Source: a virus (taxonomy: Duplodnaviria > Caudoviricetes). Taken from it: a stretch of 64,000 bases of DNA. The stretch's first letter is position 1. Each line of letters starts with the position of its first letter. A program made the translations under genes and the position numbers. Shown here piece after piece: positions 9,549-17,526 of this stretch. The notes beneath the pieces are model-generated. The model ran no database searches, had not been told where the DNA came from, and saw only the letters and a program-made list of their open reading frames with translations. The stretch lies in IMG/VR virus record IMGVR_UViG_3300042291_001013; one strand, written 5' to 3'.

Positions 9549-10120
9549 CGAGTCAGTTGGCTGATGTGATCACAGATGCCCAGTTGCAAGGCATCATCCG
9601 CACCTAGATAAACATCATGCGGTGGCAACAGATGTTGCTTGATTTGGTCTTCGCTTAGACCTGTACAATCTATGTAGTGCTGTACCATGCGTTTTTGTGT
9701 GAGTTCAAACTCTTTAATTGTGGCCAACAGTTCATGATGTTTGCCATCACTGCCCCAGGCATACTGGTGACTCATGATTGATGTATTGGGAGTAAGAGTT
9801 CTACGTCCCGGTGTTCCTGCCAAAAAGATCAACAATCCGGCACTGGCAATTTGCCCCAGACCCACAGCTTTGATTGGAATGAGAGAACTGCGCATGACAT
9901 CAATTAGTGCAAATGCCGAACTCATATCCCCACCTTCTGAACAAATCATCAGCAAGAGTTCTTTGCGTTTTCTCTTGGCCACAAAGTTCTCGTGCAGGAT
10001 CCACTCAATTATGGGTTTGATGTTGTCATCATCAACTTCGCCCATGAAAACGTACATTCCTGCGTCGGCCAAGGCTTGGGTATGAGTCTGCTCAATTGTT
10101 TGTGTGGTTTCGGTGGTCAT
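9545..10120 (-). CDS. Second, divergent ClpP-family protease
   Basis: CSEGGD, QIASAG (Ser), MSHQ (His), HDVYLGADDALQLGICD (Asp). Confidence 0.9.
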   Translation of the reverse strand: MTTETTQTIEQTHTQALADAGMYVFMGEVDDDNIKPIIEWILHENFVAKRKRKELLLMICSEGGDMSSAFALIDVMRSSLIPIKAVGLGQIASAGLLIFLAGTPGRRTLTPNTSIMSHQYAWGSDGKHHELLATIKEFELTQKRMVQHYIDCTGLSEDQIKQHLLPPHDVYLGADDALQLGICDHISQLTR

Positions 10121-10170
10121 TTTAAAGTAGAGAAAGCGGTGTTTTGGCACCGCTTTTATTTATACGCCGT

Positions 10171-10995
10171 TTATCTAAGTGTAATTTGTCCAACTACAGC
10201 ACCGGGCTTTTGAAGGGCCTCGTCCCGACGCCGCTTGTATTCAGCATTGTCCACGTCCAGTAATTTTATGTCACCCTGCGATGTTGGGGCAGATTCTGTG
10301 GGTTTTTCAGGTACCACAACCGGTGTCACCTTGCTTTGCGGGGCCAAACTGCGCTCTAGTGCTTGGTCAGCGTTTTGCTCACGTTTGGCATCGGCCGCTT
10401 CATTCTTGTCCATGTCACGTTCTGCGGCACGACCACGTATGTCGCCTTCACGTTGTAAACGAGACTGATCTCGACGTGTTTGGATTGCATTGGCCGCTCC
10501 CACGGGCAATCGCAACAGCACATAGACCTTGTAGGCTTGGCCATCATGAGTGACTTGACTGTCTACTCGTTGTGCTCCACTAAGCTCGCCGCGAGCATTT
10601 TTGCGTGTGACCTGCTGGTAATTCTCAACCATGGCCTGGCCACGATCAGCTCGGTAGCTGTTGGTCTGTGTGGTAATTCTAGCATACATCTGCTCAACCA
10701 GCTTGCGTTCTGCTGACATACGTGCTTTGTCGTATGCCATTTGCTCATCGCTGGATGTAGCTGTGCCCACTGCAAAGGTCATGTCTGCGGTATCTTCGGG
10801 CATGTTGACAAACCAAGCAGGAGCCTGTGCCACTGTGCGAGCCTGACGCTGGGGCAGGGCGTAGGGATGTGATACCAGTGCCTGTGCCACAGCCACTGGC
10901 TGTGCTGGCAAGGGTGCCGGAGTATCAACTGTTTTGGGATTGCTACTGCATGCCGCCAATGTTGAAACAGCCACAGCCAAAATTGAATATTTCAT
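10171..10995 (-). CDS. LPP20-like lipoprotein
   Basis: Lipobox LAAC; APAWF...AVGTATS...AYDKARMSA. Confidence 0.6.
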   Translation of the reverse strand: MKYSILAVAVSTLAACSSNPKTVDTPAPLPAQPVAVAQALVSHPYALPQRQARTVAQAPAWFVNMPEDTADMTFAVGTATSSDEQMAYDKARMSAERKLVEQMYARITTQTNSYRADRGQAMVENYQQVTRKNARGELSGAQRVDSQVTHDGQAYKVYVLLRLPVGAANAIQTRRDQSRLQREGDIRGRAAERDMDKNEAADAKREQNADQALERSLAPQSKVTPVVVPEKPTESAPTSQGDIKLLDVDNAEYKRRRDEALQKPGAVVGQITLR

Positions 10996-11039
10996 GATTA
11001 CCTCTAGTGAGTTACAATACAAGTAGTTTAACACAGTTG

Positions 11040-11606
11040 TCAAAATTTGTCAACGACTACCCAATCCGTTTTGCGAATCTGGCAAATGATGCCTTGGTAG
11101 TTGTGGATGTCCTGTCCGGTAAAGGAAGGTTCAGTAAACCAACGACATCTAGTGCCGTTGTGCCAGAACTCATTGGGAAAATTTGGATGCGGTCTAAATT
11201 GATGTAGCTGAGCATGCACACCAATTGCTACGTTTCGAGCTGGATTGAAATCGTCACGATCTGTACACACCATGACCCTTTGCGTGGCCACTTGGCTGGG
11301 TCCTGCTTGCTCACGTGCATGACTGTCTGCTCGAGTTTGGGCAATACCACATGCTTCGGCACTGGGACGATCTCCTGGCCAATCATGATAGCCTGAAGCC
11401 ATGTACCATGCACTGCCAATACGTGCTTGAAAGCTGACTTCACAGCGTTGATACCCGGCCAGTCCTGGCGTTGGCACAACATGCTGACGAATGCCCGAAC
11501 GTTCTTGTATTTGCACATTGCTGGCAGTGCTGGTGCGATCAGTCAACACACAGGCCGCTTGTACTGTTACAGGCAGTAATGCCAAAATTACTAGACGTTT
11601 TAACAT
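11040..11606 (-). CDS. Secreted Cys-containing hypothetical protein
   Basis: Signal peptide ending VQA-A. Confidence 0.65.
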   Translation of the reverse strand: MLKRLVILALLPVTVQAACVLTDRTSTASNVQIQERSGIRQHVVPTPGLAGYQRCEVSFQARIGSAWYMASGYHDWPGDRPSAEACGIAQTRADSHAREQAGPSQVATQRVMVCTDRDDFNPARNVAIGVHAQLHQFRPHPNFPNEFWHNGTRCRWFTEPSFTGQDIHNYQGIICQIRKTDWVVVDKF

Positions 11607-11944
11607 TCTGCCAGTTCCCGAAGTAGGTAGTTGATGTATTTGTTGGGATTTCCATGAGCCATGTCATAGTTGACCAAGTAAACTCTAGGGTTGGTCACCA
11701 GTTGGTCGCTACGCCACATCAGTCGCATACGTGCGGCAAACTGTTCTTCTTGAGAGAGTCGTTGTCTTTGCAAGAATTCAATTTGTTCTTGTTTGCGACG
11801 GCAATCAACTTGATAGTAGTTAAGGTCCATGGATGTCATGGGCACTCGTTCAGGCATGGGTTGCGTTGCACAGCCACTAAACAGGCTGACAGTGATAACG
11901 CAGATGCCAAATACGGTAACGAATTTGCGCACGGTAGTCTTCAT
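11600..11944 (-). CDS. Putative lipoprotein
   Basis: Lipobox FSGC. Confidence 0.6.
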   Translation of the reverse strand: MKTTVRKFVTVFGICVITVSLFSGCATQPMPERVPMTSMDLNYYQVDCRRKQEQIEFLQRQRLSQEEQFAARMRLMWRSDQLVTNPRVYLVNYDMAHGNPNKYINYLLRELAEC

Positions 11945-12122
11945 AGGCACGTTCATTTTGCAAGGGTTGACGAGGAACAGCCAGCTGGGTTTGATACCAG
12001 TTTATAATGGCCACGCGGTTGGCGCAGTCAGTGGGCATCACTGCTACTGACGCAGGAACACGTTGGTCGTAAGTGCTACAACCAACAAGTGATAACAGAA
12101 CCATGGCTAGAATTGTTTTCAT
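11877..12122 (-). CDS. Putative lipoprotein
   Basis: Lipobox LVGC. Confidence 0.65.
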   Translation of the reverse strand: MKTILAMVLLSLVGCSTYDQRVPASVAVMPTDCANRVAIINWYQTQLAVPRQPLQNERAYEDYRAQIRYRIWHLRYHCQPV

Positions 12123-12125
12123 TCC

Positions 12126-12317
12126 TTAACATTCTACGTCTATGTGACGTCCTTTGTCCGAGTCCAAACGAACATTTCGTGCAACACGTTCTGCAATGAT
12201 TCTATCAAAGTTGCGTTTCTCAACTACCTTGCGATAGTCTTCTTCACGCCGGTCTTGCAATTGAATCCGTTCCTGCCGATGCATCTGTAAGTTATGATCA
12301 ATTCTAGCAACGTTCAT
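12126..12317 (-). CDS. Hypothetical charged protein
   Basis: ATGA coupling with the 12314-12463 gene. Confidence 0.7.
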   Translation of the reverse strand: MNVARIDHNLQMHRQERIQLQDRREEDYRKVVEKRNFDRIIAERVARNVRLDSDKGRHIDVEC

Positions 12318-12463
12318 TCTTCAACTCGATTCTTGTGCTTGAGCTTGCGCTTAAAAACTGTTTTGGGCTGTTCCACACGACCGCGGAACGGCAGGTCTGA
12401 ATCGAACAGGGCTCGATGTCGACGTTCCTTTACAGGTGCTAGTGTGAAATGTATCGGCTTCAT
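12314..12463 (-). CDS. ArfA-like (alternative ribosome-rescue factor A-like) 49-aa peptide
   Basis: Manual translation: ...RALFDSDLPFRGRVEQPKTVFKRKLKHKNRVEE vs E. coli ArfA [31 protein letters not shown]. Confidence 0.55.
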   Translation of the reverse strand: MKPIHFTLAPVKERRHRALFDSDLPFRGRVEQPKTVFKRKLKHKNRVEE

Positions 12464-12472
12464 AGTAGTGTA

Positions 12473-12501
12473 ATTATAGCAAAACAAGATTTATTGGTCA
12501 A
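12473..12501 (-). promoter_or_regulatory. Sigma70 early promoter
   Basis: TTGACC-17-TATAAT, 9 nt before ATG 12463. Confidence 0.85.
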
Positions 12502-12728
12502 GTGTTGGGTTCTGCATTGCAAAACTGCCAAAATTTAAAATCTGCATCACGCAGGCCCAACAGTTGGCCTTCAAAGTCTCTGTAGGTACAGCAACCATAG
12601 GCCTCGGGATATGACCAACTGCCTGATTCCGCGGCCTTGCGGTATCGAGTCACAGCAGCCTTGGCTGGGCCCGGCTTCTTGTAGTACTTGACTAAGCGGC
12701 CGGATTTATCGTAGACTACCCATCCCAT
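12498..12728 (-). CDS. Hypothetical protein
   Basis: ORF track. Confidence 0.7.
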   Translation of the reverse strand: MGWVVYDKSGRLVKYYKKPGPAKAAVTRYRKAAESGSWSYPEAYGCCTYRDFEGQLLGLRDADFKFWQFCNAEPNT

Positions 12729-12746
12729 ATCAATAATCCTTTTTGA

Positions 12747-13010
12747 TCAACCAAATTCGTACATGTACTGGGCAACCCTTGGATCCATCTTGATCAGATC
12801 TTTTGCCGCGGCAGTCAATGCACGATAACGAGCTTGTACTTGACTACGGGGCAGTTCGCCATCGCAGGTTAAATTTTCAGGACTCAATGCAGAATCAATC
12901 ATTTGGGCCACTTGCTTGCGGCCTTCAAAAGTGTCAACTTCATATTGACGACTTTTAAAAATTGCATTGTACTGATTTTCACGATCAATATAGGCTTGTA
13001 GTGCTTTCAT
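12747..13010 (-). CDS. Hypothetical early protein
   Basis: SD CAGGAG behind a promoter cassette. Confidence 0.8.
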   Translation of the reverse strand: MKALQAYIDRENQYNAIFKSRQYEVDTFEGRKQVAQMIDSALSPENLTCDGELPRSQVQARYRALTAAAKDLIKMDPRVAQYMYEFG

Positions 13011-13040
13011 GTCTGGCTCCTGTTTGCTGTTTAAGTGTTA

Positions 13041-13069
13041 ATTATAGCAAATTGGGAATTTTTGGTCAA
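13041..13069 (-). promoter_or_regulatory. Repeated sigma70 early promoter (copy 3)
   Basis: TTGACC-AAAAATTCCCAATTTGC-TATAAT. Confidence 0.9.
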
Positions 13070-13075
13070 CCGTGA

Positions 13076-13100
13076 AAAAGCCCCAAATTCTGGGGCTTTT
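13076..13100. terminator. Intrinsic terminator
   Basis: AAAAGCCCC-AAATTCT-GGGGCTTTT. Confidence 0.85.
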
Positions 13101-13117
13101 AGAGTAGTACTAGAGTA

Positions 13118-13390
13118 TTACTTTTTAGAAGTTGCTGTGTAAGCCTTCATGATGCCTTCGCCAAATTTCACATAGTCAAATTTGGTAGTTTCTTGCACGG
13201 CTTTCACAGTTTCGCTGGCCACAGTGGTTGCGGCGTCTGTGGTAGCTTTGAATGCTTTTTTGGTGTATTCGGCTTGGTTGTCAATGAACTTGATCATTGC
13301 GTCTTTTACCAATTCGTTTGTGACGAAAGTGTTAACCCAAGTTCTTTTACCGGTTTGTACGGTGTCGATAAGTGCGTCTGCTGTAAACAT
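13118..13390 (-). CDS. Phasin-like amphipathic protein
   Basis: 90-aa all-helical Ala/Thr/Lys-rich protein; PhaR-box-like palindrome over its -35. Confidence 0.45.
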   Translation of the reverse strand: MFTADALIDTVQTGKRTWVNTFVTNELVKDAMIKFIDNQAEYTKKAFKATTDAATTVASETVKAVQETTKFDYVKFGEGIMKAYTATSKK

Positions 13391-13396
13391 AGTGTT

Positions 13397-13413
13397 CTCC
13401 TTAATTAAGCAAG
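13397..13413 (-). promoter_or_regulatory. ROSE-like RNA thermometer hairpin over SD
   Basis: CUU(G)CUU-AAUU-AAGGAG with bulged G opposite the SD. Confidence 0.6.
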
Positions 13414-13469
13414 TTTGCTATAGGACCCGGCCTATCCAGCGTCCTATGTACTATTATATATGACAATTA

Positions 13470-13484
13470 TGTTGCATTGCAACA
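13470..13484. promoter_or_regulatory. Perfect 15-bp palindrome TGTTGCA-T-TGCAACA (PhaR-box-like operator)
   Basis: Overlaps TTGCAA -35, 18 bp from TATAAT (13453-13458). Confidence 0.55.
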
Positions 13485-13533
13485 ATTATTTCTAGTGAAT
13501 GGTCACTAATAAATAACTGCATAGGAGACAAAT

Positions 13534-13842
13534 ATGTTACGATTTTTAAAAGGCTTTTTTGGCAAGGTTCGCCCGCCCGAAACCACTGCACCATACAAGA
13601 TAGACCCACCTGCACCACTCATGCCAACTGTGGTTGATATGTCCGTTTTCCCACATCTCACAGTAGACGGGCACGGAGATGTGCATGAAACCAAAAAGCC
13701 AGTGGCCAAAAAGCCAGTAGCTAAAAAACCTGCGGCTGCAAAAACACCGGCTGTTAAAACGCCTAGAACACCAGCTGTTAAACCCCCTGCAAAAACACTG
13801 GCTGTTAAAAAGCCCAGCCCCCGAAAACCCAGCACAAAATAA
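13534..13842 (+). CDS. Histone-H1-like PAKK/AAKP-repeat basic protein
   Basis: KKPVAKKPVAKKPAAAKTPAVK C-terminal half; amphipathic N-terminus; TAAATA upstream; SD AGGAG. Confidence 0.75.
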   Translation: MLRFLKGFFGKVRPPETTAPYKIDPPAPLMPTVVDMSVFPHLTVDGHGDVHETKKPVAKKPVAKKPAAAKTPAVKTPRTPAVKPPAKTLAVKKPSPRKPSTK

Positions 13843-13866
13843 AAAAGCCCCGCAAGGGGCTTTTTT
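13841..13866. terminator. Bidirectional terminator
   Basis: AAAAAAGCCCC-GCAA-GGGGCTTTTTT. Confidence 0.92.
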
Positions 13867-13888
13867 CTACTCAATTGTTGAGGTTGGT

Positions 13889-14890
13889 TTACTTGATCTG
13901 TGTCCAAACACGTTCACGGATTTGTTTTGTTAGTGCATCAGGCAAACTCACATAGTCTAGGTCCACAGCATCTTTCTTGCCATTCTTGAATGCCCAGTCA
14001 AAGAACTTTAGTACTTCGTCGCTGGTGGCCTTGTTCTTTGGCTCTTTGTACATGATGATAAAACTTGCCGAACTTATTGGCCAAGCATTGGGATTCTTTT
14101 GATCCACGATGCTCAGGCCCATGCCAGGAACTGAAAACCAGTCAGCACCGTCTGCGGCAGCCGCAAATGTTACATCATCTGGACTAACATACCGGCCTGA
14201 TTTGTTTTGTACTTGTAAGAATGTCATTTTGTTTTGTTTAACATAAGCATACTCTACATAACCAATTGCACCCTTAACTCTAGTCACGTTGGCTGCAACA
14301 CCTTCGTTGCCTTTGCCGCCCAATGAAGTGGCAGCTGGCCATTTGACTGCGGGACCACGACCTACTCGAGCCAACCACTCGGGGCTGACAGTGGCAAGAT
14401 AATCTGTCCAGTTAAATGTTGTGCCAGAGCCATCAGCACGATGAACAATGGTAATAGGTTGATCTGGTAACTGCTTACCTGGATTCAATGCTACAAGTCT
14501 AGGATCATTCCACTTGGTGATGTTGCCCAAGAACACATCAGCTAGTACTGGGCCAGTGATACGTAGTTCACCTGGCTTGAATCCGTCCAAGTTGATCACA
14601 GGAACTGTTCCGCCAATGATAGCTGGGAATTGAATCTGTCCGTTCTTGTCTAAGTTCTCTCCGCTAACAGGCGCATCAGTTGCGCCAAAGTCCACGGTCT
14701 TGGCATTGATTTGTCTAATGCCGCCTGAACTACCAATACTCTGGTAATTTAAACTTACTCCTGTGGCTTTCTTGTATCCTTCGGCCCACTTGTAGTAGAT
14801 TGGGTACGGGAAAGTTGCACCGGCACCCACAATATCCGCTTGTGCAGTAACGGCGACTGCGGCTAATAAAATTGCTAATAGTTTGTTCAC
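13889..14890 (-). CDS. pstS: Phosphate ABC transporter substrate-binding protein
   Basis: GAGATFPYP, YQSIGSSGG, DFGATD, HRADGSGTT, GGKGNEGV; GTG start with SD AAGGAG. Confidence 0.96.
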   Translation of the reverse strand: MNKLLAILLAAVAVTAQADIVGAGATFPYPIYYKWAEGYKKATGVSLNYQSIGSSGGIRQINAKTVDFGATDAPVSGENLDKNGQIQFPAIIGGTVPVINLDGFKPGELRITGPVLADVFLGNITKWNDPRLVALNPGKQLPDQPITIVHRADGSGTTFNWTDYLATVSPEWLARVGRGPAVKWPAATSLGGKGNEGVAANVTRVKGAIGYVEYAYVKQNKMTFLQVQNKSGRYVSPDDVTFAAAADGADWFSVPGMGLSIVDQKNPNAWPISSASFIIMYKEPKNKATSDEVLKFFDWAFKNGKKDAVDLDYVSLPDALTKQIRERVWTQIK

Positions 14891-14932
14891 GTGGTTCTCC
14901 TTGTTGTGACAGATTTATTTAAGGAGAATCAT

Positions 14933-14950
14933 ATTACAATTTTGTTACAA
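14933..14950 (-). promoter_or_regulatory. Pho box
   Basis: TTGTAAC-AAAA-TTGTAAT, 11-bp phased direct repeat upstream of pstS. Confidence 0.7.
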
Positions 14951-15232
14951 AATCATACGAACCAACCCTACTGTGTCGATAGTGGTCAACAGTAAATAGT
15001 TAGCCAACATGCCAAAAGATTTCCTAGTCCAACTAGCCCAAGCATACAAACTACAGCCAGCAATCCAAACAGGATAAAGAGCAAGAAGCGGGGGATTGGG
15101 GACTGTGAGTGCCATAGTAATACTGCAACCCACACTAATAGCCCATGCAACAAGCTCAATAACAAAGCGAACTCGATTAGATTTAAAGTCATCTCGTATC
15201 CAAGTAAATGTGTTAAGAAATATATTGTTCAT
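14945..15232 (-). CDS. Small multi-TM membrane protein
   Basis: Three hydrophobic segments. Confidence 0.7.
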   Translation of the reverse strand: MNNIFLNTFTWIRDDFKSNRVRFVIELVAWAISVGCSITMALTVPNPPLLALYPVWIAGCSLYAWASWTRKSFGMLANYLLLTTIDTVGLVRMIL

Positions 15233-16235
15233 AAAGTTGTTCACTTGCCAAGTTTTTGCCTTTGGCTTCGACTTGTATATCAAACTGATCACGAAAGCCC
15301 AAGACCCATGAATTCACAGCTGAATTCCAACAGAAGTCACTGTGGGCCCGGAGCTTCTGCTTCTTATAACCTCTAGCAAGAAGTTCAGCAAGGTCTGGTC
15401 GAACGTTTCGATCATGGTCGACCAAAACGTCCTCGCGACTAGTACTAAAATGCATTGCAGGACGAACACCGCGCCAGCTGTCAATAACCCGACTTGTACG
15501 AACGTCCTGCGGTTCGATGTATTCGCCTGTGTTGATCCAGTGGTGGTGTACATCCAACACAAGAGCCACATGCTGAGCCACAGCCAAAGTAGAGTCCAAT
15601 CCATTTGTCATCTCGTCATTCTCGATGGTCATCAAGTTCCTGGCCTCTGGAGTGAGGCGACCCAAGGTCTTTAGGAATTTAGCGGCACCACCTTTGCCAC
15701 TTAAATGTACATTTATCTTGAATCCGTGATCATGCCAACTTTTACCGTAACCCATCCACCGAGCCATGTCTGCGTGGTACTCGAATTCCAGTATTGATCG
15801 TTCAACAATTTCGTCCGACTCACTAGCCAGTACGCAGAATTGCCCAGGGTGAAAAGAGAGCCGCACACCAAGATCTCGAGCACGAGCACCGATCGGATCA
15901 AAGATCTTGGCACAGTGATCTTGAACATCCTGCTGTTGCCAAAACGGAATCCAATCTTCATGTGTGTATCCTTGTAGCATTTCTGAGCCTAGCCGCACCA
16001 TGCGTCGACCTTCGGGCAGGGTGGCCACACGCTCTATCATGAGCAGGGCCGCACGAGCATTGTGGTTCATGATGTCCCACTGACGCTGTTCCGCTTCGCT
16101 TTTGTGTTCGCGAAGCCACCTCATAGTAGTTGATCTGCCGTTTAGGTCACGGTCCTTTGCATTGACTTTCATGCCCCCACATTCATTAGGGTCATTGAGC
16201 CACTTGCAACAAAAGCCAATTCTAGGTGTAGTCAT
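15213..16235 (-). CDS. uvsE: UV-damage endonuclease
   Basis: RIGFCCK, VRLGS, RLSFHPGQF, IEND, LDVHH, RAHSD, VEAKGK. Confidence 0.93.
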   Translation of the reverse strand: MTTPRIGFCCKWLNDPNECGGMKVNAKDRDLNGRSTTMRWLREHKSEAEQRQWDIMNHNARAALLMIERVATLPEGRRMVRLGSEMLQGYTHEDWIPFWQQQDVQDHCAKIFDPIGARARDLGVRLSFHPGQFCVLASESDEIVERSILEFEYHADMARWMGYGKSWHDHGFKINVHLSGKGGAAKFLKTLGRLTPEARNLMTIENDEMTNGLDSTLAVAQHVALVLDVHHHWINTGEYIEPQDVRTSRVIDSWRGVRPAMHFSTSREDVLVDHDRNVRPDLAELLARGYKKQKLRAHSDFCWNSAVNSWVLGFRDQFDIQVEAKGKNLASEQLYEQYIS

Positions 16236-16241
16236 GTGTTG

Positions 16242-16270
16242 ATTATACAGCAATTTCCATTAATTGTCAA
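16242..16270 (-). promoter_or_regulatory. Consensus sigma70 promoter, leaderless uvsE
   Basis: TTGACA-17-TATAAT-6-ATG. Confidence 0.88.
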
Positions 16271-16284
16271 ATACAATCTTCCGA

Positions 16285-16292
16285 TATAAATA
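16285..16292 (+). promoter_or_regulatory. T4-type late promoter TATAAATA
   Basis: Exact T4 late consensus 8 nt before ATG 16301. Confidence 0.75.
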
Positions 16293-16300
16293 CACGCACT

Positions 16301-16618
16301 ATGACCATTAAACTTATTGACACCTATGATAGAGCCATTGTTGAGCCATTGGGCATAATTCGGGAAGATTTACTGAATGATCGCTCTGAATTTGCTATGT
16401 TCCAGCCCAATAGTCTGTCCCGTGAATTCATGCAACAACAAGTTGCAGATGGACATTTTCCATCAACTCAACAGCCCGAAGACAGTATTGTTTGGACTGA
16501 CACCGAGTGCATTGTGACCATTGTTTGGAACGACCACAGTGCGGCAACATCACACAGTGCCCGAAAGTTGGCAGCTAACTATCCGGGCATGAAAAGCAGT
16601 GTGGTGGTTGAAGACTAA
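16301..16618 (+). CDS. Hypothetical late protein
   Basis: ORF track. Confidence 0.7.
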   Translation: MTIKLIDTYDRAIVEPLGIIREDLLNDRSEFAMFQPNSLSREFMQQQVADGHFPSTQQPEDSIVWTDTECIVTIVWNDHSAATSHSARKLAANYPGMKSSVVVED

Positions 16619-17526
16619 CCGCGATTCAAATCCAGGGTAACACAATGAAAGCCGCCTCCTAGAGTGCGGCTTTGTCTTAGCCGCAAGGGAACAACTTCAA
16701 ATTTATAGCTCTTTAGAGTCTTGATTAATTCGGGTTGATCAGCATCGCAAATTACAGTGTGTGGATCTACTACCAGCATGTTCATGGCAATCCATTTTGA
16801 TGCATAGGGATACTGGTAAAAATCTTGTGCCACAACATCATTTACCCAGATTTTGTGCCAGCCATCAAACACTCGGGGCACAGTGTTGAATCCAACTCTT
16901 TGACTGTTCAGCAGTACCAGGCCTTCACGCAAGGGCACAATGGTTGAATCAATATGCACACCAGCATAAAAATTACACAGCTCTATTGTGACATCTGGAA
17001 ACTGCGCACACAACCAATCATACGCTTTTCGATTGCCTGACGCTGATTCCAAATACAACATTTTATCCCCAAGACGACAAACATTTGCCGCATCCAGTGT
17101 CATGCCTTCGTTACGGGGCATAAAGTGATAGTGCTCAGCTTCATCTACAATGTCATGATAGCATTGCAGTTCCATGTCTCTACAAGGATACATCATGGCA
17201 GGATTTACAATACTGTTACCATAAACCAGCAAACGATCACGAGGGCAGTAGTTATACATACCATCATGGGTTTGAAAGTTGAGTGGGTCTGGGCGCACAA
17301 CTTCTACACCAAGGCTTGTCAGTGTGGTTGCTAGTATATCTAAGTCTTCGTTGGCTTCATCTATGATGCGTTGTGGAGCCGGACCACGTGGAACCGGTGT
17401 TTCCTTCCAGGTGGTCTTTTCTGATTCTCGAGAAAACACAGGGTCCAGCACAGGCCAGTTGGCATGTGTAGCATCTCCCACAATCACTCGCCGAAGTGGG
17501 CTCCATTCATCATAACTTGATATCAT
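16615..17526 (-). CDS. Amidinotransferase (glycine/inosamine-phosphate amidinotransferase family)
   Basis: SYDEWSPL, CPRD, HID, GGGFHCVTLD (Cys-His-Asp triad). Confidence 0.92.
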   Translation of the reverse strand: MISSYDEWSPLRRVIVGDATHANWPVLDPVFSRESEKTTWKETPVPRGPAPQRIIDEANEDLDILATTLTSLGVEVVRPDPLNFQTHDGMYNYCPRDRLLVYGNSIVNPAMMYPCRDMELQCYHDIVDEAEHYHFMPRNEGMTLDAANVCRLGDKMLYLESASGNRKAYDWLCAQFPDVTIELCNFYAGVHIDSTIVPLREGLVLLNSQRVGFNTVPRVFDGWHKIWVNDVVAQDFYQYPYASKWIAMNMLVVDPHTVICDADQPELIKTLKSYKFEVVPLRLRQSRTLGGGFHCVTLDLNRG

